From a candidate division WWE3 bacterium RIFCSPHIGHO2_01_FULL_40_23 (GTDB lineage: Bacteria > Patescibacteriota > WWE3 > UBA101185 > 2-01-FULL-41-18), in the NCBI GenBank assembly GCA_001772615.1, contig MEUZ01000003.1, positions 350,433-414,432 of the forward strand: 64,000 nucleotides of DNA. Reading direction: 5' to 3'. Of the stretch, positions 9,649 to 19,045 are shown piece after piece. Each line of letters starts with the position of its first letter. The stretch's first letter is position 1. The position numbers and the translations under genes were made by a program. The notes under the pieces are model-generated. The model did no database searches. It was not told the origin of the DNA and saw only the letters and a program-made list of their open reading frames with translations.

Positions 9649-10938
9649 ATGCTTTCTCTGATAATCGTTAAGGCCGTGCTTATCTGTATCCGCACATTTA
9701 CAAAATATTCCGGTACTGCTCTTCCCGGTCTCATTGTAGAAACCTACTTTCCCAAAACCTTTGAAAAACTTTTAAGAAATATAAAGCACATGGTTCTTGT
9801 TACAGGAACAAACGGCAAAACCACAACTTCAAGAATGCTTTGCCATCTGCTTAAAAAAAATAATGTGGGTTTTATTTCAAATCCGAGTGGTTCCAATTTA
9901 TTAAGAGGGATTGCATCAACTCTAGCCGAAAATTCGGACATTGCAGGAAATATAAAAACTAATCTGGCTGTTTTTGAGATAGAGGAGGCAAGTCTTCCGA
10001 AACTTACAGGTATAATAAGGCCCGACATAATTATCGTAACAAACATTTTCCGGGACCAGCTTGATGCATACGGTGAAATTGACAAAACGTACCAATACCT
10101 AAAAGAGGGCATAGAAAAATCCGATAACCCAAGATTAATCCTAAACGCGGATGATGAAAGGGTGAGAAGCTTAAGAAATTTTTCAAAAAATGAGGTGGAT
10201 CTTATTTCTTTTGAAAAAGCTTACCTAAGGCATATAAAATTTGAGAATAGAGAAAGTAAAAATACTGCCACCAATATTAAAGCATGTGAGATTAGAAATG
10301 TTGAGGTTCATAAGGACTTAGGTATTTCCTTTGATCTTTCTTACGGTGAAGGAAAAATTAAAAAGATTGCAACTTTATCCCCCGGTTTTCATAACGCTTT
10401 TAACGCATCGGCCGCTATTATCAGCTTTGACTCTCTCTCAAAACTTGGGGTAGTTAAAGCTAATAAACCTGATACCAGCTTAAGCGATTTCAAACCCCCA
10501 TTTGGAAGAGGCGAAATTATTAAGGTAGGAAATACTAAATTTCAGATCCTTCTTTTTAAAAATCCTGCCGGAGCAAACCTTAATCTTCATCTTCTTGAAA
10601 GTGTACAGAAGCGTGAAGCGGTATTTTTAATTCTTAATGACAACACGGCAGACGGGAAAGATGTTTCATGGATCTGGGATTGCGATTTCACTCTTTTGAA
10701 AAATCTTAACTTCAAAAACGTTTACATCTCGGGAACAAGAGCCTTTGATCTGGCCTTAAGGCTAAAGTATGAAGGAATTGAAGTTTCCCAAGTAGATGGG
10801 AACGCACATAAAATACTTGATTTAATTCTTAAAGAAAACTTTGATATGGTGTATGTACTTCCAACCTACACAGCAATGCTTTCAGTCAGGGGTTTACTAT
10901 CACAACATACTGGAGTTAAAGAAATTTGGAAACACTAA
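9649..10938 (+). CDS. murT: Lipid II isoglutaminyl synthase subunit MurT (Mur-ligase family with DUF1727-like C-terminus)
   Basis: Contains MVLVTGTNGKTTTSRML, a Mur ligase P-loop. 429 aa. Immediately followed by the GatD partner. Confidence 0.8.
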   Translation: MLSLIIVKAVLICIRTFTKYSGTALPGLIVETYFPKTFEKLLRNIKHMVLVTGTNGKTTTSRMLCHLLKKNNVGFISNPSGSNLLRGIASTLAENSDIAGNIKTNLAVFEIEEASLPKLTGIIRPDIIIVTNIFRDQLDAYGEIDKTYQYLKEGIEKSDNPRLILNADDERVRSLRNFSKNEVDLISFEKAYLRHIKFENRESKNTATNIKACEIRNVEVHKDLGISFDLSYGEGKIKKIATLSPGFHNAFNASAAIISFDSLSKLGVVKANKPDTSLSDFKPPFGRGEIIKVGNTKFQILLFKNPAGANLNLHLLESVQKREAVFLILNDNTADGKDVSWIWDCDFTLLKNLNFKNVYISGTRAFDLALRLKYEGIEVSQVDGNAHKILDLILKENFDMVYVLPTYTAMLSVRGLLSQHTGVKEIWKH

Positions 10939-10951
10939 GGAGAATAAGGGT

Positions 10952-11716
10952 ATGAACCTAAAACTAAACCACTTATATTCCCAAAACCTTAACATTTACG
11001 GAGATCTTGGAAATATTATTGCCTTTAAATACAAGGCAGAAAAAGCGGGGATAAACCTTTATGTGTCTCACACAGAAATCGGTGAAGAAATAAGCGAAGC
11101 CGATATTTACTTTATAGGAGGCGGGCAGGATCAAGACCAAATCCTGGTCTATGAGGATCTTCTTAGACACAAAGGCTTCATCCTAAATGAAGTTGAGAAA
11201 GGCAAAGTTTTTCTTCTTATTTGTGGAGGCTACCAGCTTTTTGGCAAATACTTTGTGGATGGAGAGGGGAATGCGCTAAAGGGGCTTTCCATTCTTGATC
11301 TTGAAACTAACTCACCGGATAGCAAAGTTTCATCCCGCTGCATTGGAAATATTGTTGCTCAATTAAACAGTGGGTTTATTAAACACTGGGACGTTGATGC
11401 ATCTTTTTCAAAATACATAGTTGGTTTTGAAAATCACGGAGGGCAAACTAAACTTCTAACTGACCAGGTTAAACCGATTGGAGAGGTAATCAAGGGCTTT
11501 GGCAATAACTCAACCGACAAAGTTGAAGGCTGTTTTTACAAAAACATCATCGGATCATATATGCATGGGTCCTTCCTTCCCAAAAACCCCCACATCACAA
11601 ACGCCATTTTAAAAAAAGCCCTCTTGCAAAAGTACAATGATGTAACTTTTGAAAACCTCTATGAAGGGGAGGAAAAGAAAGCTCATCAACTGATCCTCAT
11701 GAGATCTGGATTTTAA
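10952..11716 (+). CDS. gatD: Lipid II isoglutaminyl synthase glutaminase subunit GatD (CobQ-like GATase)
   Basis: NIYGDLGNIIAF...IYFIGGGQDQDQ...LICGGYQLFGKYF matches the GatD signature. RBS aaggag lies upstream of the ATG at 10952. Confidence 0.8.
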   Translation: MNLKLNHLYSQNLNIYGDLGNIIAFKYKAEKAGINLYVSHTEIGEEISEADIYFIGGGQDQDQILVYEDLLRHKGFILNEVEKGKVFLLICGGYQLFGKYFVDGEGNALKGLSILDLETNSPDSKVSSRCIGNIVAQLNSGFIKHWDVDASFSKYIVGFENHGGQTKLLTDQVKPIGEVIKGFGNNSTDKVEGCFYKNIIGSYMHGSFLPKNPHITNAILKKALLQKYNDVTFENLYEGEEKKAHQLILMRSGF

Positions 11717-11729
11717 AGCCGTAAGAGAA

Positions 11730-12797
11730 TCAAATAGTTCCTCGGGGCAAGTAATTCTTTAAATTCTGGGCGTTAATATTAACCGATTTGCTTTTACCCT
11801 CCACAATCTCTCTAGCAACTTTTCTTGCTATTGCTTCAAGGGTTCTATTTAAACTTCTGATACCGGAATCAAAACCCAAAGGTCTTATGACCTGCCCCCA
11901 AAGACCGGGATCAATTGTAAGATCCTCCTTTGTCAGTCCCGCGTTAGCTAAAACTTTAGGCAAAAGATAGTCCCTGGCGATAACCTCCTTTTCATAATCC
12001 GTGTATGAAGGCATTTTTATAATCTCCATTCTGTCAAGAAGCGCCGTAGATAAAGTCCCAAGCCCGTTTGCACTGCAGACAAACAAAACTTCAGATAAAT
12101 CAACGGGATAATCAATATAATGATCCCTGAAAGAAGTGTTTTGATTAGGGTCCAAAATTTCAAGAAGGGTTGCCATCACATCCTGTCTTAACCCAGTCTC
12201 ACCGCTTGACTTGTCTATTTCATCAAGAAGGATCAAAGGGTTCATTACACCTGATCTTACCAAAGCTTTTATAATCTGGCCCGGCTCCGCTTCAGGAAAG
12301 ACTTTACTTCTTCCTCTTAACTCCAGTACGGAGCCAATACCTCCCATTGCAATCCTTACAAACTTTCTGCCAAGAGCATCCGCAAGAGATATGGCAAAAG
12401 TAGTTTTCCCGATGCCCTGCAGACCTACAAACAAAAGTATCGGAGATTTTGAAATCGCTTCCTTTACTGATCTTCCCTTAAGTATCGCGGTTGATAAATA
12501 CTCAAGTATTCTATCCTTCACTTCCTCAAGCCCAAAATGATTGGCATCAAGAAGCTTTTTAGTCGCAGAAAGATCAAGATTGTCGGTCGTTCTTTTGCTC
12601 CAGGGGATGCTGACAAGAATATCAATATATCTTGCCAAAGTGTCATACCCTTCGGTATAACCCCCAAGCTTTGCCATCCTGTTAAGACGGTCAAGCATCC
12701 CTTTTACTCTTTTTAAAAGTTCAGGGGGCATCCCGACCGAAGTATTTACCCGATCCGAAAGTTCCTTAAGTTCCTCAAAAACAAATTCTTCTGCCAT
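11730..12797 (-). CDS. Lon-like AAA+ ATPase module without the N-terminal LAN domain or the C-terminal protease domain
   Basis: LDANHFGLEEVKDRILEYL, Walker A GLQGIGKT, Walker B LILLDEIDKSS and the sensor region NTSFRDHYIDYPVDLSEVLFVCSANGLGTLSTALLDRMEIIKM all align with the Lon AAA+ module. The protein ends at 355 aa with no Ser-Lys protease domain. Confidence 0.75.
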   Translation of the reverse strand: MAEEFVFEELKELSDRVNTSVGMPPELLKRVKGMLDRLNRMAKLGGYTEGYDTLARYIDILVSIPWSKRTTDNLDLSATKKLLDANHFGLEEVKDRILEYLSTAILKGRSVKEAISKSPILLFVGLQGIGKTTFAISLADALGRKFVRIAMGGIGSVLELRGRSKVFPEAEPGQIIKALVRSGVMNPLILLDEIDKSSGETGLRQDVMATLLEILDPNQNTSFRDHYIDYPVDLSEVLFVCSANGLGTLSTALLDRMEIIKMPSYTDYEKEVIARDYLLPKVLANAGLTKEDLTIDPGLWGQVIRPLGFDSGIRSLNRTLEAIARKVAREIVEGKSKSVNINAQNLKNYLPRGTI

Positions 12798-12803
12798 AAA
12801 TGC

Positions 12804-13739
12804 CTAATTTAATACGTAACTATTCTTATTTCTTTTAACCATCACATCAACAATTTCCGAAAACCTGGATTTATATAAAGGACTTTTCTTTAACTCTGAA
12901 AGATCCTCGCTTGCCGATTCAGTTAGCAGAAGGATAAGAAGCTTTCCCTGCGAGGGAACGGAGTTTTTTGCGGTTGCGTACTTTGAATTTAATGAAAAAC
13001 TTAAAATGGTCTTGCCCTTTGCTCTTTTTACATCCTCAAAAACTTCCGAGTCATTTGAGACAACCAAATAATCATCAACAAGCCGCGCTGAAAAACTGGA
13101 CTCTTTTGTAGCTTCCGCAAGAACACTTAGCTTTTCATTATTCTTGGCCTTTGATAAAAATCCCCATACTCTTTTTCGGCCGGAGCCATTCTTATCCTTA
13201 ATTCTTGAGAATATTACATACTGTCTATCAAGAAGAGTTTCGACATCAGACAGCTTAAGGTCGGTTTTTGGAACCGATGTGGAAAGCGGTAAATTCGTAA
13301 AAGAAGATAAAAATTTAGAAATATCAAATCCCTCCACATACAAATCAACATCGGGCGGAATCAGAGAAGATAGGGACTGATTGCCAAATGAGGCAAGGGG
13401 AAGATCAGCGTCCGTTTTTAATATCCTCTCATCAACCAAGACCTCTTTAACGGGAGTGCTTCTTTTTTTTGTGATTGCATTAAGCCTTGATAAAAACATA
13501 GCCGAAGCAGTTAAAAGGATAATTACCAAAATGAAAACGATGTAAGAAGTTTTAAGTTTTAAAATATCTTTTGAGAATTCTTCCTTAACAATAAAAAGCG
13601 GGGGTGTTAAATGACCTTTAAGGTAAGTCCTGACATCGGCTGAGGTTAGCTCCTGCGGAAGCTTCGCACCGCATCTGAAACAAAAGTAATTACCGACAAT
13701 TCCAAGTCCTTCTCTGCAAACAGGGCAGGTTCTTTCCAT
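12804..13739 (-). CDS. Zinc-ribbon membrane protein, hypothetical
   Basis: CPVCREG...CFRCG is an N-terminal zinc ribbon, followed by one TM helix and a roughly 230-aa extracytoplasmic region. It sits 7 nt upstream of the Lon-like gene. Confidence 0.55.
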   Translation of the reverse strand: MERTCPVCREGLGIVGNYFCFRCGAKLPQELTSADVRTYLKGHLTPPLFIVKEEFSKDILKLKTSYIVFILVIILLTASAMFLSRLNAITKKRSTPVKEVLVDERILKTDADLPLASFGNQSLSSLIPPDVDLYVEGFDISKFLSSFTNLPLSTSVPKTDLKLSDVETLLDRQYVIFSRIKDKNGSGRKRVWGFLSKAKNNEKLSVLAEATKESSFSARLVDDYLVVSNDSEVFEDVKRAKGKTILSFSLNSKYATAKNSVPSQGKLLILLLTESASEDLSELKKSPLYKSRFSEIVDVMVKRNKNSYVLN

Positions 13740-13798
13740 AAGAGTATTCTAACAAAGACGAAGAGACCAACAAATAGACTTAAGTTACGATCAAAACC

Positions 13799-15988
13799 TC
13801 AGCGCCTTGGAGGCCTTCCGCCAAAACCTCTTCTTCTATTGTCATCAAAGTTTCGCCTTCTTTCAAAACCGCCCTTCGTATTACCTCCATTCTCACTTAA
13901 CGTTTTTTTGGAAAGGCTTATCTTGCCCGAAGAAGGATCAACATCCAAAACCTTTACAGTAACCTTATCTCCTTCCTTTAACACATCTCTTACATTGGTC
14001 ACATACTCATTTGAAAGTTCGCTCACATGAACAAGACCTTCTTTCCCGGGGGAAATCTCCACAACGGCGCCAAAATCAAGGATCTTTTTTACTGTACCCT
14101 CGTAAACTTCACCGGGCATAATAACCCTGGTTAATGCTTCTACCATTGACTTTGCCTTATCCATACCCTCGGATGAAGGAGCGGAAATTGAAATAGTTCC
14201 GTCATCCTCAATCCCAAGCGTTGCACCTGTTTTTGACTCAATATCTCTAATTGTCTTCCCTCCGCTTCCAATGACAAGCCCTATCTGTTCAGGCTTAATT
14301 TTTATGGTGATCATTTTAGGAGCATACTCGCTAAGAGCAGTCCTTGGAGATGGTATAGCCTCATACATTTTGTCAAGAATTTTAAGTCTTGCTCTTTTTG
14401 ACTGCTCAACAATTTTTGGAAGAAGGTCCAAAGGAACTCCTTTAGTCAGCTTGATATCAACCTGAACGGAGGTCACACCTTCTCTTGTACCAGTCATCTT
14501 AAAATCCATAAAACCGTAAGCATCTTCCCTGTACGCTATATCGGTTAAAATCACAAACTCTGTTTCTTCCTCGTTTGCAATAAGTCCTATGGCAATTCCG
14601 GCAACGTGACCTTTTATCGGAACCCCTGCATCCATTAACGCTAAAGAAGAACCGCAGGTGGAGGCCATAGATGACGAACCGCTTTGAGATAACACCTCGC
14701 TTACAAGCCTTACCATATAAGGAAATATGCTCTTATCAGGAAGAACAGGATACATAGCTTTTTCGGCAAGCATCCCATGACCGATTTCACGCCCGCCGGG
14801 CGCTCCTCCAAGCCTTTTGGCAAGCTCCCCGACCGAATATTGAGGCGCGTTGTAATGGTGTATATATCTTTTTGATTCCTCGCCGTACATACTTTGAATT
14901 AACTGTTCCAAAGAAGGAGAGCCAAGCGTGACAACCGTCAAAGCCTGCGTCAGGCCTCTTGTAAATAAGGCACTTCCGTGTGTTCTTGGAAGGACCGAAA
15001 GCTCAACCTGCACATCTCTTATATCCTCAACACCTCTTCCATCAGATCTTTTCTTTTCCTCCAACACAAGATGGCGCATCTCATCGGTTTCAACTTTGTA
15101 AAATGCTCTTGCCATTTCATTTTTCGTATATTTTCCTTCAAAAGCGTTAAAAAGTTCCTCCAAAAGTATCTGCTCTTCAGCCTGCATTTCGGTTTTTTCA
15201 AGATTCTTCTGCATCATCTCCCTAACCCTTTTTCCTATTGTGTTTCTTACATCCGTTACAAGCTCTGAAGGCAAGGCTTTTGACACATACAAATACTTAT
15301 CATTCCCAACCTCACTTGCAAACTCTTTAAGAAAAGAGGAAAGATCTTTTGTATTTTCATTTACAAAATTAACGGCTTCCACAATCTTTTCTTCCGAAAG
15401 ATCGGAACATTGTGCCTCCATCGCAAGAAATTTCTCATTTATTAAGGAGACCACAAGATCCATCGTGGATTCATCCAAAGCCTCAACTGAAGGGTTTAAA
15501 ATAAAGTTTCCCTCTTTATCTATTCCGACTCTTGAGGTGACCATAGGGCCGTTCCAAGGAATATCGGATGAGTGAAGCGCAGCCGAGGTCGCAATCATTG
15601 CGAGGACTTCGGGGTCTGAATCCTTGTCAATTGACAAAACCGTAACCACAACGTTTATTTCATCCTGATAATCCTTAGGGAATAAAGGGCGTATGGCGTG
15701 GTCTATCAGCCTGCCTGCAATTCTTGCTTGATCAGTGGGTGCACCTTCTCTTTTAACCCACCTTGAAGATTTTATTAAACCCCCCGCGTAAAGCTTTTCT
15801 TCATAGTTTACTGTCAAGGGAAGAAAGTCTACCTCGGTTTTAGGGGTTCCTGAAACCACCGCTGCAATGACAACGGTGTCACCCCATCTCGCGTAAACCG
15901 CGCTATTTGCCTGCTTTGCAAGCTTTCCGGTCTCAAGGCTTAAAGACCTTCCCGAAAACATCATTTCTTTTTTTACATATTTATTCAT
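13799..15988 (-). CDS. pnp: Polynucleotide phosphorylase
   Basis: 729 aa with two RNase PH domains, KH and S1 domains, and an Arg/Gly-rich C-terminal tail. Confidence 0.9.
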   Translation of the reverse strand: MNKYVKKEMMFSGRSLSLETGKLAKQANSAVYARWGDTVVIAAVVSGTPKTEVDFLPLTVNYEEKLYAGGLIKSSRWVKREGAPTDQARIAGRLIDHAIRPLFPKDYQDEINVVVTVLSIDKDSDPEVLAMIATSAALHSSDIPWNGPMVTSRVGIDKEGNFILNPSVEALDESTMDLVVSLINEKFLAMEAQCSDLSEEKIVEAVNFVNENTKDLSSFLKEFASEVGNDKYLYVSKALPSELVTDVRNTIGKRVREMMQKNLEKTEMQAEEQILLEELFNAFEGKYTKNEMARAFYKVETDEMRHLVLEEKKRSDGRGVEDIRDVQVELSVLPRTHGSALFTRGLTQALTVVTLGSPSLEQLIQSMYGEESKRYIHHYNAPQYSVGELAKRLGGAPGGREIGHGMLAEKAMYPVLPDKSIFPYMVRLVSEVLSQSGSSSMASTCGSSLALMDAGVPIKGHVAGIAIGLIANEEETEFVILTDIAYREDAYGFMDFKMTGTREGVTSVQVDIKLTKGVPLDLLPKIVEQSKRARLKILDKMYEAIPSPRTALSEYAPKMITIKIKPEQIGLVIGSGGKTIRDIESKTGATLGIEDDGTISISAPSSEGMDKAKSMVEALTRVIMPGEVYEGTVKKILDFGAVVEISPGKEGLVHVSELSNEYVTNVRDVLKEGDKVTVKVLDVDPSSGKISLSKKTLSENGGNTKGGFERRRNFDDNRRRGFGGRPPRR

Positions 15989-16102
15989 TTTTAACTCGGG
16001 AAAATAAAGTTTAGAGTCAAGAGTAAGAGGCCTAAATCCGGATGCAACAAAGTTACATTCAGGTTTGCACCTCCTATCTTAGTAAGTCTTAACGGTAATA
16101 CT

Positions 16103-16372
16103 TTATTTCTCCAGTTTTAACTTTTCTACTATTTTTTTGTATCTCTCCTCATCCTTCTTCTTAAGATAAAGAAGGAGTCTTCTCCTTTTATTGACCATCT
16201 GCAAAAGCCCTCTTCTTGAGTGTACATCTTTTTTATGATCTTTAAGATGGGTTGAAAGGGAGTTTATCCTTTCGGTTAAAAGAGCAACCTGCACCTCTGG
16301 TGATCCCGTATCGCCTTTATGCGTCTTGTAGGATTCTATGATTTTGGTCTTTTTCTCTTTAACAAGCGTCAT
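16103..16372 (-). CDS. rpsO: 30S ribosomal protein S15
   Basis: 89 aa with a typical S15 sequence, positioned upstream of pnp. Confidence 0.9.
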   Translation of the reverse strand: MTLVKEKKTKIIESYKTHKGDTGSPEVQVALLTERINSLSTHLKDHKKDVHSRRGLLQMVNKRRRLLLYLKKKDEERYKKIVEKLKLEK

Positions 16373-16430
16373 ATCTTACTGTTATTGTAGCAACAAAAAC
16401 CTACAATGGCAACCGAAACAAATGGGAAAT

Positions 16431-17093
16431 TTACCTATCTTCCACAGAAGAGGCGTTATAAGTTATACCTGCTAAAAGGGCTTTAGCCGTCTCCTTGTCC
16501 ACTTTATAGTGCCAGGCGGCTAATTTATAAAGAACAAGCTGGCATAAGCCTCCGCTTTCAGGTTCAATCACATTTAAAGTTCCGTAGTTTTCATTCTTTG
16601 TGGAATTATCAATGTTGATTAAAAAAATCTTCTTTATTTCTTCTTTATATTCGTTAAACACTTCCCCGTGATCCGTAAGTTTTGGCGCTCCAATTGAGAT
16701 AACTAGATCATAATCAAAGCCTGCTGTGGAAAAGCCGACTCTTGAAGTGTCAAAATCTTTGGAAACAGGGTGCAGGATAATTTTACAGACATTACCCTCA
16801 ATAACGTAATTTACTTTTTCTATATGAGTTCCTCCATAATCAATGCTGACAACAAGATCCCTTGTCCCCTTAACCGGAGTGACTTCATCTTTAGAAATAA
16901 GATTTACCGCCTCAAACGGAATCGGATAAGGGTACATAAAAGAAACATTTTTCCCGGAGTTTTTCAGCGATCTGTAAAGGGCAATTCCCGCGCATAAACC
17001 GTCCATACCCGAACCTCTGGTGGGAATCACAACAGCGTTTTTAGCCTCATATATTAAATCTGTGACCTGTTTTCCTTCTTTTAGTACAAGCAT
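16431..17093 (-). CDS. DHH-family (NrnA/CnpB-like) domain protein, probably catalytically inactive and lacking the DHHA1 domain
   Basis: Aligns with the NrnA N-terminal domain (VVIPTRGSGMDGLCAGIALY; DLVVSIDYGG). The DHH motif position reads INIDNS. Only 220 aa. Confidence 0.5.
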   Translation of the reverse strand: MLVLKEGKQVTDLIYEAKNAVVIPTRGSGMDGLCAGIALYRSLKNSGKNVSFMYPYPIPFEAVNLISKDEVTPVKGTRDLVVSIDYGGTHIEKVNYVIEGNVCKIILHPVSKDFDTSRVGFSTAGFDYDLVISIGAPKLTDHGEVFNEYKEEIKKIFLINIDNSTKNENYGTLNVIEPESGGLCQLVLYKLAAWHYKVDKETAKALLAGITYNASSVEDR

Positions 17094-17259
17094 AAAATTT
17101 GGGCAAGTAACTCACGGTAATATCAGAAATGACAGGGCGAAGAATGAGTGGGGCTTATTTTACCTTGTAAAGACTATAGGGTCAAGCTTAGCTTTTGACT
17201 GTAATCAAATTAAAAGATAGGATGAACGCAAGAGGGGTAAGTTGAGAGGAGAGTTACGT

Positions 17260-17520
17260 ATGGCAAAAAAAACATGGCCAAGGACGCCTGAAGTAAACGA
17301 AATGTTTGTCGTGGCACTGGATCCGGATGAGGCTTATTCGTTTTTCGTTGAGGGCTCATCTGAAGCTGTTGAGCTGGAAAGGGGCACCCATCTTAAGTTC
17401 GTAGGTATACAGAAAACCCCGGGAAGAGGCACCTATTATGTTTTTGCTAACGGGGGCAGGCGATTGGTGATAGAAGATTTCTTAGCGGAAACACACGTTC
17501 ATCCTGTAAGGGAGCAATAA
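17260..17520 (+). CDS. Hypothetical small protein (higher GC)
   Basis: MAKKTWPRTPE..., about 86 aa, with no recognisable motifs. Followed by a hairpin terminator. Confidence 0.4.
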   Translation: MAKKTWPRTPEVNEMFVVALDPDEAYSFFVEGSSEAVELERGTHLKFVGIQKTPGRGTYYVFANGGRRLVIEDFLAETHVHPVREQ

Positions 17521-17522
17521 AT

Positions 17523-17558
17523 CAGCCGGGAGAGAAATAAAAGACCTACCCGGCTTTT
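17523..17558. terminator. Intrinsic terminator between convergent genes
   Basis: Stem agccggg / cccggct, then TTTT. Confidence 0.5.
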
Positions 17559-17561
17559 AAC

Positions 17562-19034
17562 TTACAAAACCTCAATTATATCTTTCACTTTAATATCTTT
17601 AAAAATAGGATTTAGAAGAACACCGCACTCAACGTCTTTTCCAACAACATTAACCTCTTCTTTTCCACGCCTTAAGTGCTTTATTTTGGCCGTAAAAATA
17701 GGCTCCTCCGCACTCTCCCTGAAGATTGAAATTTTGGCACCCTGCCTTAAAGCCCCGCCTAAAACTTTGCACCCTGCTACAATATCACCCGATTCAAGAG
17801 GGAATACTTTAAGCACTTCAGCCCTTCCTTTTACTTTAACCTCTTCTTTAAACAAAACCTCTTTAAGAAGGCTCTCAACTTCATCCAGAAGCTTATAAAT
17901 AATGGTGTATGCTCTGACTGTCACTTTCATGCTGTCAGCAAGCTCTAAGACCTTTGAGGGAACTTTAGTATTAAAACCAAAAATTAGACCTTTAGATGAA
18001 TGGGCAAGAAGAACATCGGATTCCGATATATCTCCCGTGGCTTTATGTAAAAATTTAAGCCTGGCTTCGGGAGTCTCAAGCTTCTTTAATGAACCTTCAA
18101 GAGCCTCCAAAGATCCGTGTGCGTCCGCTTTCAAGATTAAATTAATGACCTTTGTAGAGTCTAAAACCTTTTCCTCCTCGGGCACGGTTTCTTTTTTTAC
18201 ATCCAAAAGATCTTTATTCTTAACGCTCACAAAGACTTCACCCGCGGGTGGGACTATAGGGAACCCCAAAACCTCAATGGGATCCGATGGAGTAGCGTCT
18301 TTCACCTGTGTTCCGGTAAAATCAAAAAGAGATCTAACCTTGCCGGAAGTTTTATAGGTGTATATCTCATCGCCCACTTTTAAAGTTCCGTTTTTAATAA
18401 TCGCGGTAAAAAGCGGCCCTTTTTTCGCATCAAGCTTAGACTCAATTATTACCCCTTCCAGATCACCCTTTGGGTCGGCTTTAAGCTCAAGTATTTCGGA
18501 TAAAGCGAGGATTGAGTCTAAAAGCTTATCAACACCCAATCCTGTTTTAGCGGAAACAGGAACACAAATTACGTCACCTCCGAATCCTTCAACCAAAACC
18601 TCATTTTCCGCAAGCTGCTGCTTCACTTTATCGGGATTTGCCTGCGGGAGATCCATTTTATTTATAGCAACAATAATTTGGGAGTTTGCCGCTTTCGCGT
18701 GTGAAATAGCCTCTTTAGTTTGAGGCATAACACCGTCATCACCCGAAACTACGAGAATAACAATATCCGAAACCTTCCCCCCTCTTCCCCTCATTTTGGC
18801 AAAAGCCTCATGCCCGGGAGTGTCAATAAAAGTTATTTTCCTATCCTTATATATAACCTGATAAGCGCCTATTTTCTGCGTAATGCCACCGTGCTCGCCC
18901 TCGGCTACTTTTGACTTACGAATATAATCTAAAAGGGAAGTTTTTCCATGGTCAACATGACCCATCACAGCTACAACTGGAGGCCTTATAAAAGGGTATT
19001 CTTTTTTTGAGGTTAAAGCACTTTCTTTTTTCAT
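17562..19034 (-). CDS. infB: Translation initiation factor IF-2 (short form)
   Basis: VVAVMGHVDHGKTSLLD G-domain. 490 aa, lacking the long N-terminal region. Confidence 0.9.
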   Translation of the reverse strand: MKKESALTSKKEYPFIRPPVVAVMGHVDHGKTSLLDYIRKSKVAEGEHGGITQKIGAYQVIYKDRKITFIDTPGHEAFAKMRGRGGKVSDIVILVVSGDDGVMPQTKEAISHAKAANSQIIVAINKMDLPQANPDKVKQQLAENEVLVEGFGGDVICVPVSAKTGLGVDKLLDSILALSEILELKADPKGDLEGVIIESKLDAKKGPLFTAIIKNGTLKVGDEIYTYKTSGKVRSLFDFTGTQVKDATPSDPIEVLGFPIVPPAGEVFVSVKNKDLLDVKKETVPEEEKVLDSTKVINLILKADAHGSLEALEGSLKKLETPEARLKFLHKATGDISESDVLLAHSSKGLIFGFNTKVPSKVLELADSMKVTVRAYTIIYKLLDEVESLLKEVLFKEEVKVKGRAEVLKVFPLESGDIVAGCKVLGGALRQGAKISIFRESAEEPIFTAKIKHLRRGKEEVNVVGKDVECGVLLNPIFKDIKVKDIIEVL

Positions 19035-19045
19035 TTGCTTTCTTT

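Noticed and set aside
17686-18914. Plus-strand ORFs antisense to infB
   Set aside because: They overlap a well-supported IF-2 gene and have Ser/Leu-rich low-complexity translations typical of antisense frames.
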